A DNA stretch of 64,000 bases from a virus. Location: the IMG/VR virus record IMGVR_UViG_3300020183_000010, one strand, 5' to 3'. The notes beneath the pieces were generated by a model. That model saw only the letters and a list, made by a program, of their open reading frames with translations, searched no databases and was not told where the DNA came from. Shown piece by piece: positions 48,506 to 56,381 of the stretch; within the stretch, counting starts at the first letter, position 1; every line of letters begins with the position of its first letter. The position numbers and the translations under genes are program-made.

Positions 48506-49102
48506 TTGCATACCAAAACAAATATCATGAAAGAAAACTTAAAAAGATCAGCAATAGATACATTAAAGATAATAGGAGTATGCGTACTTGCATATCCGAT
48601 AGGATTAATTACTATGCTTATACTAGGAGGAAATGCAGATCTTGCTATATCACTTCCTTTTATTAGTGGTTTTATACACCAATCTCTATCGCACTTTGGT
48701 TTTAATATAATCGGTATATTTCTTTTACTTCTTTACCGTGGAAACAAATACGCTTTAAAACAAATGGTTTTAATAAATATAGTTATTCAAAGTGTAACTT
48801 TTTTACTTACATACATAATAGGAATACAAACGTCTATAGGTATATCTGGCCTACTCTATTTTATGCTTGCTAGGCTTTTACTAAGTTCGTATAAAATACT
48901 TATTCCTTTATTAGTAATATTATCAATAGGGGAACTTGTTACACTAAATGACCCCGATGGTATATCCCATTGGGGTCATTTAATAGGTATATCTCTTGGT
49001 ATTATATCCCTAGGATATCTTAATATTGTGATCCAAAAACTTCTAAATCATAATCATCATATGATTCAACTGGTACGTAGTATCTTTGTCCCTCAACAAT
49101 AA
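48506..49102 (+). CDS. rhomboid-family intramembrane serine protease (start probably MKENL)
   Basis: FIHQS..HFGFN, GISG, ISHWGHLIG, multiple TM helices. Confidence 0.8.
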   Translation: MHTKTNIMKENLKRSAIDTLKIIGVCVLAYPIGLITMLILGGNADLAISLPFISGFIHQSLSHFGFNIIGIFLLLLYRGNKYALKQMVLINIVIQSVTFLLTYIIGIQTSIGISGLLYFMLARLLLSSYKILIPLLVILSIGELVTLNDPDGISHWGHLIGISLGIISLGYLNIVIQKLLNHNHHMIQLVRSIFVPQQ

Positions 49103-50177
49103 TGTAAGATTCAAAGATATCTTGGTCAGTACCTGCATATATTTCATGATCCCATATTGCATTCCAAATCGCTTTACCTTGAGATAAAATTTCTTGACCA
49201 GTTTTTGCTATTTTATCCTGCGCAGTTTTTAGAGCATTACTTGCTCCTTGCTTGATTTTAGAAGCAACCTTTTGTGTTTTTTCTACTCCCTTCTTAACAG
49301 AATCTGCTACTGATTTTGCACCTGCTTTTGTGATTTTTACTATAGCATCTTTAGCAGCTTTAAATTTGGATACAGAAGTATTGTAGAAATCTGCAACGGT
49401 TTTTCCAATCTTAACTGCTATAGTTTTAGCTGCTTTAGCTGCTCCGTATATACACTCAGCTGCAAAGTTAGTTATAGCTTTAAAAACCGTTTTAGCTATT
49501 TTATAAGCTGCTACTGTTAATACACAAACTGCTTCAGCTGCTTTAGTAGCTAGATTAGCAACTTTGTATAGTCCAGTCATAAAAACCTTAGCAACTGCAA
49601 GAGCATCGTTTTTAATAGTATTAAATACTGCTTTTCCTAGTTTTTTGAAATAATCATTAGCATTTTTCAAAGCAGTAGCAATAGTGCTTCCTATTGCAAT
49701 TGCCCCCTTTTTAGCATATCCGAATATCGAAGTTGCTAGAGATATTAATCCGTTTGCGATTGCTTCACTTACTACGTAAATCCCTGCCGCAGTAAATATA
49801 ACAACTTTCCCAACAAATTTTGCAAGATTTAAAAGAGCTTCAGCTCCAGCAATTGCCGCTTTCTTTTGAGCATCTGCATAAGATTTCATTCCCTGACTTA
49901 TTGTCATGAAAGTGTATTGTGCTCCTTGAATAACTGCTGTTTTTACATTCTTAACAGTGTCATAAGTTTTCTTGTCGTTAAAGTCAAATAACCCACCTTT
50001 TACTGTGTTACCTTTAGGTGCACCTTCGTAGATATCTTCTTCTTCGAACATCGAAAGCATTTCTGATTCTGATAATTCAACATAACTAGAAAGATCTCCA
50101 AAACTATAATCAGAGCCATTGAAGCTATACCCTTCGTTCATTTCGTTGAAATCACTAAATGATAATATTCTTGACAT
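49020..50177 (-). CDS. Ala/Lys-rich helical protein with capsid-targeting-like N-terminus, paralog A
   Basis: MSRILSFSDFNEMNE; collinear with 50207..51136. Confidence 0.65.
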   Translation of the reverse strand: MSRILSFSDFNEMNEGYSFNGSDYSFGDLSSYVELSESEMLSMFEEEDIYEGAPKGNTVKGGLFDFNDKKTYDTVKNVKTAVIQGAQYTFMTISQGMKSYADAQKKAAIAGAEALLNLAKFVGKVVIFTAAGIYVVSEAIANGLISLATSIFGYAKKGAIAIGSTIATALKNANDYFKKLGKAVFNTIKNDALAVAKVFMTGLYKVANLATKAAEAVCVLTVAAYKIAKTVFKAITNFAAECIYGAAKAAKTIAVKIGKTVADFYNTSVSKFKAAKDAIVKITKAGAKSVADSVKKGVEKTQKVASKIKQGASNALKTAQDKIAKTGQEILSQGKAIWNAIWDHEIYAGTDQDIFESYIIVEGQRYYVPVESYDDYDLEVFGSQY

Positions 50178-50206
50178 TTTGTTTTTATTTTATATATCTA
50201 TATATC

Positions 50207-51136
50207 CTAATTAGTAATTTTTTTTCCGGATATAGAATTCCAGATATTTTTACTTTTAGTTGCTATAGCTTTTCCTGTTGGTGCTATTCTATCCTGTACA
50301 GCCTTGAAAGCTTCTTGAGCTTCTTTTTCCAGTCTAGCACCAAGTACCCTTCCTTTTCTTATTCCTTTGTCTATCATCTGTGACATTTTCTCCATTCCAT
50401 CCTCTATGGTTTTATTAATAGGTACTTTTAGATTATCTAGAGTGTTCTGACAGACCTTATAAAATTCCTCTATATTTTGTCCTATATTCACAGATTTTAT
50501 ACCTAAATCTTTAGCAGTCCCATATATACACGAATTTAGAAATTCTGGTATTGTTTTAAAGGAAGAGGTAGCGGATTTATATGCACCTACTGTTAATATA
50601 GATACTGCTTCAGAAGCATTAGGTGACTTTTCTGCTAATTTATAAAGATCTCTAAGTACCATTTTAAATAAAGCAGCAGAATCTTCTTTCATATTATTAA
50701 AAGCTTCTTCTCCTTTATCACTGTAATATGTGTTAATCCTTTTAAAAGTGTATATGACGCTTAATCCTGCTGTTATTTCGCCTTCTTTTACATAAGAAAA
50801 AATAGATGATGCCAATGTCATTAATCCATCAGCAACTGCCTCTGAAACTACATATATTCCATCTGGAGTAAAAACTAGGGATTTATCCTTTTTTTCTGCT
50901 ATTTTTAAAAGTATAGCTCCGATTTTTTTATTTGATTCGTTAACTGAATCTGCGTAAGCTTTCATGCCACTTCCAACACACATGAAATTATATTCTCTCC
51001 CCCCTATAGTTGTCGTTTTTACATCTTTAAGAGTTCGGTATATTAACTTGTTCTCAAAATCAAAAAGTTTAGATTTACCCTCAGCAATCTCATTTTCAAA
51101 TAGTGAAAAATCCTTAAAGTCTAGTATTTTTTTCAT
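50207..51136 (-). CDS. helical protein with capsid-targeting-like N-terminus, paralog B
   Basis: MKKILDFKDFSLFENE; shares LFDF, GMKxYAD, GIYVVSEA, LTVxAYK, CIYG with neighbour. Confidence 0.65.
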   Translation of the reverse strand: MKKILDFKDFSLFENEIAEGKSKLFDFENKLIYRTLKDVKTTTIGGREYNFMCVGSGMKAYADSVNESNKKIGAILLKIAEKKDKSLVFTPDGIYVVSEAVADGLMTLASSIFSYVKEGEITAGLSVIYTFKRINTYYSDKGEEAFNNMKEDSAALFKMVLRDLYKLAEKSPNASEAVSILTVGAYKSATSSFKTIPEFLNSCIYGTAKDLGIKSVNIGQNIEEFYKVCQNTLDNLKVPINKTIEDGMEKMSQMIDKGIRKGRVLGARLEKEAQEAFKAVQDRIAPTGKAIATKSKNIWNSISGKKITN

Positions 51137-51137
51137 A

Positions 51138-51425
51138 TTACCTTACGCAAAATATAATTTTATGTAAATCTGGTAGGTATATTCTTTTAAACTTTCCTAA
51201 ATATCCAGATATATCCTCTGCATTTTCCTCGTCCTCTAAATCTGAAACAACATAAAAAGTCGACGAGTCTACAAAATCTGATTCCTTAGTGTTATAAAAA
51301 AATAAATCTTCTTGATCCTCTTCTGACTCCTCCTGGTATTCATCATCAGAAGATTCTATACGATCACAAAGCTCTGGCTCCTCGTATTTAAATTCATCGT
51401 ATCCTGAATATATCTTAATAGACAT
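51138..51425 (-). CDS. hypothetical acidic protein
   Basis: 95-aa Asp/Glu-rich ORF. Confidence 0.55.
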   Translation of the reverse strand: MSIKIYSGYDEFKYEEPELCDRIESSDDEYQEESEEDQEDLFFYNTKESDFVDSSTFYVVSDLEDEENAEDISGYLGKFKRIYLPDLHKIIFCVR

Positions 51426-51814
51426 TATCCCTCGATTAAAACCTTTTTTAGCTCATATGCTCCAGCAGATTCCGGTATTTCTTCATAATACCCAACAAAT
51501 GTATATTCTCTACCATCGGAGCTTGAATCTGGAAGCATTTCTATAGAACTAATCATTTTCTTTCCCACATATTCAGGATCTATAGCATGTCCGATTGTAA
51601 CAGTAACTTCTTCCCCTTCAGCATTAGAAAATTTTACTATATAATCTCCACTCTCAGATTCTCCTGTTGGAATAAAATCTGTGGATTCTGTTTCAAATCC
51701 CCCCACGTTATCCATTCCTCTCTCAGTGTCCATTACTCCTAAACCAGTTTTGGGAGCCATAACTTCCATTTCTGATTCATTAAGGAATCTTTCGTATATT
51801 TTAAGATGTCTCAT
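51425..51814 (-). CDS. hypothetical protein with capsid-targeting-like N-terminus
   Basis: MRHLKIYERFLNES. Confidence 0.65.
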   Translation of the reverse strand: MRHLKIYERFLNESEMEVMAPKTGLGVMDTERGMDNVGGFETESTDFIPTGESESGDYIVKFSNAEGEEVTVTIGHAIDPEYVGKKMISSIEMLPDSSSDGREYTFVGYYEEIPESAGAYELKKVLIEG

Positions 51815-51837
51815 TTTTTTATATTATATATCTTTTG

Positions 51838-51984
51838 TTATCTACCCTGGGATTTGTAAGGTTTTTTATAATGCTTAGCATTTTTACTTACACTAGACTT
51901 ACATTTAGAATGTATTCCTGGTCTTTTTTTTCTAGCTCTTTTTATGTGGTTTTTAGATGAGTCGGAGGATTTAGGTTTTGCCAT
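51838..51984 (-). CDS. small highly basic protein (48 aa), not in the ORF track
   Basis: MAKPKSSDSSKNHIKRARKKRPGIHSKCKSSVSKNAKHYKKPYKSQGR; TAATG overlap with upstream ORF. Confidence 0.65.
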   Translation of the reverse strand: MAKPKSSDSSKNHIKRARKKRPGIHSKCKSSVSKNAKHYKKPYKSQGR

Positions 51985-52166
51985 TATTTGGATTTTATTT
52001 TATCTTTTGATCCTATAGAGGATTCAACTATTACTCTTTGTATAATATCGTAAAATTTCTTTTTTCTTTCAGGGTCATCCGATATAGATGAATTCGTAAC
52101 AAAAAATTTTATGTCATCTTTTGTTTTATCTGATAATATGTCTAATATTTTAATCTCCTCCTGCAT
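51984..52166 (-). CDS. hypothetical protein
   Basis: 60-aa ORF in operon context. Confidence 0.5.
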   Translation of the reverse strand: MQEEIKILDILSDKTKDDIKFFVTNSSISDDPERKKKFYDIIQRVIVESSIGSKDKIKSK

Positions 52167-52177
52167 ACCTACAATTA

Positions 52178-52429
52178 TTACAAAGACATTATAAAACCTC
52201 TTTGGTTAAACATGTTCTGATTTACTTTCATAGTAGATCCATCTTCTATAGATCTAATTAATAAAGTATATTCATCCACCCGGTCAACAATAAATGGGGT
52301 TCCTAAGTATGTTACTTTATCCCCTATTTTAAGATCAGTAAGAGGAAATGGCTCACCGTAATTTTTTAACGGTTTGTTTGACCCCATATCTATAACATTG
52401 TAGCTTTCGAACGTCTTTATTATTTTCAT
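52178..52429 (-). CDS. hypothetical protein with capsid-targeting-like N-terminus
   Basis: Start placed at MKIIKTFESYN, just after GATAAATA. Confidence 0.55.
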   Translation of the reverse strand: MKIIKTFESYNVIDMGSNKPLKNYGEPFPLTDLKIGDKVTYLGTPFIVDRVDEYTLLIRSIEDGSTMKVNQNMFNQRGFIMSL

Positions 52430-52462
52430 ATAAGTATTTATCCTATTTGTAGAAAAAAACAC

Positions 52463-52489
52463 AAAAAAATCCCTATTGCTAGGGATTTT
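52463..52489 (-). terminator. intrinsic terminator after the TROVE gene
   Basis: aaaatcccta-ttgc-tagggatttt. Confidence 0.7.
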
Positions 52490-52507
52490 AAAAAAGATTG
52501 TTTGATA

Positions 52508-54133
52508 TTAAGATTCTATAGAATCCCAAGCTTCAATTATAGCATTGGCAAATATAGGTTCTTTGCCTGTCCATCCGGCCAATATTGCTCCTCTATATAG
52601 GTTTTCTGGAAGTACTGAGTTGTTGTATCCCGCAACTTGTACGCTAAATACGTTAACTTTAGAATTAACAGTTCTTCTGTATTCCTGTACCATTGCTAGT
52701 ACATCCACGTGTACGTCTCCCTTACCACTGTGTCCATACGAGGAAACACCAACTGTATCTCTGTGTCCGTATAATCCACCATGTCCTGCTTGCATATCAG
52801 AATAGATAAAGACATTGTCGTAATGTATTTTATTTTTTATAGCCTCGTCCCAGAAGATCCATATACCATTTTCTGTTCCTCCTCCTTGAGATCTACCCCT
52901 TTTAGAAGTTTCTTCTAATTGTGTAAGTATGCCATTTCTTTTAGAAACTCCTTTTAGCGAAAGGTTATCCCCAAATACTCCTACAATACCCTCATCCGAT
53001 TGTAAAGCAGTTGTTAATGACGAAAGATTAGCTATCTCTGCAACAGTTACAGACCCATATTCGCTATTGAAAGTCCCCCAGGCAGATCCTGAGTTATCAG
53101 AAAGACACGCAGTTTTACCCTTTAATTTAGGCATATTAGCAACTGAAACATCTAAGCATTCCTCTAATGTATCTAGTACGAGCTGTTTGTGATAGATCTC
53201 TGCATTTTGTATTGCCTTAAAAGCAGACCAATATCTGAAAGGAAACTGTTTCCCGTTTTCTACTCCAGATTTCAATTGAGTCATTATTCTAGCAGCAACT
53301 GGTGCATCCTGGATTTCGCTGAAAATACCTCTAAGATTTCTAAGTAGAGCCATATGTGGAATAGCTATAGTATCTGTTATTTCTTTCCATGTCTTTCCTT
53401 CAGATCTTAGGGATTCCCATGTTTTTTCACTCTCATTAACCTTTAAAGTACCAGTAGACATTAACTCGTTAATATCTTCACCTTTTGCATGTGAGATACG
53501 TACAAGATCTATTAATCTTTTTCCTTTGTACTTATTTAATTGATATCTGGTAAATTCACTAAGTCTTTCTGCCCAAGTTCTTTTAACTAAAGAAGAAAGA
53601 CCTTTTTTATCCCCATTCTTATACATATAGTACTCGAATTGATTTGTTAAGTCATCAGGACGTAAAGAGATAGATTTACCTATGCCCTTCATATATCCGG
53701 GATTTGATTCATTAAACTCTACCCTAGAAGGATGTTGTGAAGCTTTTATAAATATTACCGCGGGGTTAAGTCTCATGAAGAACTTAGTTCTTAGTTCAAC
53801 AGCCAAATCTAATGTACCTTTAAAATCGTAGCTCAGAGCTGATTCTATGGCATTTTCGAATATTTCAACTGATGTTGAGGTGTTCTCATACATGGAAGGA
53901 AATATAGAATATTTAGAAAGAGTACTAAGATTGCTAGGGGCTTTCAGTCCGTCTCTATAATATTGAGGTTCCCCAAATATAGATGAAGCTGCTACAATCC
54001 TTAGAGTATCCAAAGGATTTATTTCGTAAGAAGTTCCCCCCATGAAGTTTTCCACTGCAAAAGCTCCGTAGATAGAATTTTGTGAAATCTGCATTGCAAT
54101 TTTTTTGTCTGCGTAACCACTTAATTTTGACAT
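52508..54133 (-). CDS. TROVE-domain RNA-binding protein with C-terminal vWA domain (Ro60/Rsr-like)
   Basis: N.MGG, FGEPQYY, YQLNKYK, DLVRISH, TWESLRS, MALLRNLR, QFPFRY, vWA MIDAS DNSGS, YSDMQ, AGW. Confidence 0.88.
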   Translation of the reverse strand: MSKLSGYADKKIAMQISQNSIYGAFAVENFMGGTSYEINPLDTLRIVAASSIFGEPQYYRDGLKAPSNLSTLSKYSIFPSMYENTSTSVEIFENAIESALSYDFKGTLDLAVELRTKFFMRLNPAVIFIKASQHPSRVEFNESNPGYMKGIGKSISLRPDDLTNQFEYYMYKNGDKKGLSSLVKRTWAERLSEFTRYQLNKYKGKRLIDLVRISHAKGEDINELMSTGTLKVNESEKTWESLRSEGKTWKEITDTIAIPHMALLRNLRGIFSEIQDAPVAARIMTQLKSGVENGKQFPFRYWSAFKAIQNAEIYHKQLVLDTLEECLDVSVANMPKLKGKTACLSDNSGSAWGTFNSEYGSVTVAEIANLSSLTTALQSDEGIVGVFGDNLSLKGVSKRNGILTQLEETSKRGRSQGGGTENGIWIFWDEAIKNKIHYDNVFIYSDMQAGHGGLYGHRDTVGVSSYGHSGKGDVHVDVLAMVQEYRRTVNSKVNVFSVQVAGYNNSVLPENLYRGAILAGWTGKEPIFANAIIEAWDSIES

Positions 54134-54160
54134 ATATCCTGTTTTAAAAGTTTACCAAAT

Positions 54161-54197
54161 AAAAAAGGGGTTCGGTCGCTTAGCGTCCAAACCCCTT
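54161..54197 (-). terminator. intrinsic terminator between RNA array and TROVE gene
   Basis: AAGGGGTTTGG-ACGCTAAGCGA-CCGAACCCCTTTTTT. Confidence 0.7.
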
Positions 54198-54203
54198 AGT
54201 GTC

Positions 54204-54278
54204 GTTCTGAGAAAATCGATTTCGAGGATTTTTTGAGTCTAACAATATATGAAGTATCTCAAAATCCCGCTTCAGAAC
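54204..54278 (-). ncRNA. Y-RNA-like unit 3 (75 nt)
   Basis: Closing stem GTTCTGA/TCAGAAC, GAAGCGG, inner stem, TACTTCA. Confidence 0.65.
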
Positions 54279-54288
54279 AAATATTAAA

Positions 54289-54358
54289 TCCGAGAATATT
54301 AGCGAAGAGCGTTTTTCTTTTTCCTATAATTTGAAGTAACTCTTCACTCCGCTTCGGA
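54289..54358 (-). ncRNA. Y-RNA-like unit 2 (70 nt)
   Basis: Closing stem TCCGA/TCGGA, GAAGCGG, GTGAAGAGT/GCTCTTCGC inner stem, GTTACTTCA. Confidence 0.65.
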
Positions 54359-54370
54359 GTTTATATAATT

Positions 54371-54582
54371 TTTTCTTGAGAAATTTTTAAAGAGTGGTCC
54401 CTCATTACGTGAGGTAATCGTTCCCTTATTTCTAGTTAGTGAATCAAACCAATCTACTGTAATTTTCTTCCCGAGGGAAGCGCTCTTCTGTAGAAGTACT
54501 AAGACCTTTGAAATAAACAACCGGAGCTGCTTATCGATCGCTGTTTATATTTGAAGTAACCCTCTAAACCGCTTCAAGAAAA
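54371..54582 (-). ncRNA. Y-RNA-like unit 1 (212 nt, multi-hairpin insert)
   Basis: Closing stem TTTTCTTGA/TCAAGAAAA, GAAGCGG, GTTACTTCA, at least four internal hairpins. Confidence 0.65.
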
Positions 54583-54588
54583 TATGTA

Positions 54589-54635
54589 TGTTAAAGAACG
54601 TTTTATTAATATATCGCAAATTTAGTAAAAGTTTC
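54589..54635 (-). promoter_or_regulatory. putative ECF-type promoter followed by boxA, upstream of the RNA array
   Basis: GAAACTTttactaaatttgcgATATAT then CGTTCTTTAACA. Confidence 0.55.
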
Positions 54636-54954
54636 AATTTAAAACCTGATGTTCCTCAAGAAATTTTTTAATTTGTTCTCCGTTTTTTACGCCAGAGAAT
54701 CTAGCGATCTCTGTTTCACCCTCTATAAGTACACAAGTTGGGATATTTTTTATGTTAAATTTTTTTGCAGAGATTTCAGCCTGTCCAACGTCAGCTTTTA
54801 CTATTTTTAAACTTTCTGATAGCTCGTCTTCTATTTTTTCTAGCGAGGGCTTTATTATCTTGCAAGGCCCGCACCAGTCAGCAGAGAAAAGAACCAGTGT
54901 TTTCTCCCCGCTTTTAATTGCTTCATTTAACTGTTCATCGTTAATAATTTTCAT
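54634..54954 (-). CDS. trxA: thioredoxin
   Basis: FSADWCGPCK, IPT. Confidence 0.92.
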   Translation of the reverse strand: MKIINDEQLNEAIKSGEKTLVLFSADWCGPCKIIKPSLEKIEDELSESLKIVKADVGQAEISAKKFNIKNIPTCVLIEGETEIARFSGVKNGEQIKKFLEEHQVLN

Positions 54955-55031
54955 TTGATTTAATTATTTGGTATGGTATATAACCATATGAACACAAAGA
55001 ATCCCTCCTTACGACGGGACTTTATTTGTTC

Positions 55032-55382
55032 TTAAATTTCAGAAGAGATTGGTCCTTCTTTTGGACCTTCCTCTGTTACGTTTAGATTCTCTTCTATATC
55101 AGAAACAGATTCTTCTGTTTTAGTTTCTTCTGATAATGATGGACCCTCCTTTATATTGTCTGATGGGTTGACATTTAATTTTTTTATAAATTCTGGGGAT
55201 ATTAATAATTCACCCATTTCTTCTCTGGTTTCTGGAGCGGCCTGACCTTCGGTTTGAATTTTCTGTTGCTCCTGAATCATTTGCATAATTTTTTTCATCT
55301 GGGTTTTTGACATACCCTTAGGTTTCGGTTTATATTTTACCGGTTTACCATTCTTTTTTCTAACTCGACTTTTAGTAGCCAT
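55032..55382 (-). CDS. hypothetical protein (basic N-terminus, acidic C-terminus)
   Basis: 116-aa ORF. Confidence 0.6.
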   Translation of the reverse strand: MATKSRVRKKNGKPVKYKPKPKGMSKTQMKKIMQMIQEQQKIQTEGQAAPETREEMGELLISPEFIKKLNVNPSDNIKEGPSLSEETKTEESVSDIEENLNVTEEGPKEGPISSEI

Positions 55383-55447
55383 AATTTTTTTATTTATTTA
55401 ATTTATAGATCTTGTAATATCTATAGTTTCTTAAAAATTGGATTTTC

Positions 55448-56050
55448 TTAGATAATTTGTAATTCCTCCCAAGTTCTCTCCCAATTTTCTGATGAATTAC
55501 ACTTGACTATGTTTTCGTCACATTTAAAGTGTATATAATCGCTTTCAAACACATCATTTACTAATACTTTAGGTATAGAGATTAAGTCTGCTATAAAGTC
55601 CCCGTATTGCTCCATATCAGACGGTTTCTCCCCTTCAGTTCTTACAAACACTCCAGATAAATTATGGGAATATCCGTTAACAATATCCTCTACGAATATC
55701 CTATTAGCTGTCTTTACTTTGTCAAGATTTGGATCTGCTGTTTCTTCGAGTGTCCTATCGTTTACAAACCACCAAGAATTAGTTGTTTCCTCGTGGATAT
55801 AGATTCCTATTTTTTGTGAAATTAATCTAAGAAAAGATGCTTGAGTATTAGAGGGAAAATAAAAAGTGTCAATAAAGTCACCCTTTTTTTTAGTCTTTCT
55901 TTTGTATTTTCCCTCGTATATAAATTTTGGATTTCTTTCTGAATCTAATAGTATACCATCAATATCAAATAAACAGAAATTATTAGGAAGGAGAGATCTG
56001 TGTCCCTCTGAAAAAATATTAGACTTACCCCAATATATTGATCTTGACAT
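55448..56050 (-). CDS. hypothetical protein, possible PD-(D/E)XK fold
   Basis: FDIDG...IYEGK...Q pattern. Confidence 0.45.
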   Translation of the reverse strand: MSRSIYWGKSNIFSEGHRSLLPNNFCLFDIDGILLDSERNPKFIYEGKYKRKTKKKGDFIDTFYFPSNTQASFLRLISQKIGIYIHEETTNSWWFVNDRTLEETADPNLDKVKTANRIFVEDIVNGYSHNLSGVFVRTEGEKPSDMEQYGDFIADLISIPKVLVNDVFESDYIHFKCDENIVKCNSSENWERTWEELQII

Positions 56051-56087
56051 AATTATTATATCAAAATTATAAATTTTGTTCCGTATT

Positions 56088-56345
56088 TTAGTAATTGTTA
56101 GGAAGTATTCCTGCCTCGTATTGAGATTTACCGTTTTTCAATAGATACTCCAATTGTATCCACTGCTTGGAAGAAAGATATCTTTTAGATTTCGCCTGGT
56201 CCCATAAACTGGAAAAGAATCTATTATATCTATATTTTTCAGGCAACCAGTCCCACATTTTTTGATAGTATTGTATCTCTGAATCGGTAAATTCTTTTCT
56301 TACCTGAGAAGAACCAAAATTTTCATATATTTCTATGTGTTTCAT
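56088..56345 (-). CDS. hypothetical protein with capsid-targeting-like N-terminus
   Basis: MKHIEIYENF; LSSKQ motif. Confidence 0.6.
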   Translation of the reverse strand: MKHIEIYENFGSSQVRKEFTDSEIQYYQKMWDWLPEKYRYNRFFSSLWDQAKSKRYLSSKQWIQLEYLLKNGKSQYEAGILPNNY

Positions 56346-56381
56346 TAAAGTATATATTCAAATTTAAAAGATATATAACTT

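Noticed and set aside
54058-54100. NSIYGAF near the TROVE N-terminus resembles family B DNA polymerase motif B
   Set aside because: Only 7 residues, the conserved Lys four positions upstream is missing and there is no other polymerase motif; probably chance.
54204-54582. Repeats upstream of the TROVE gene read as a CRISPR mini-array
   Set aside because: Units are not identical direct repeats with uniform spacers; conservation is structural with covarying stems, and no cas genes are present in the window.
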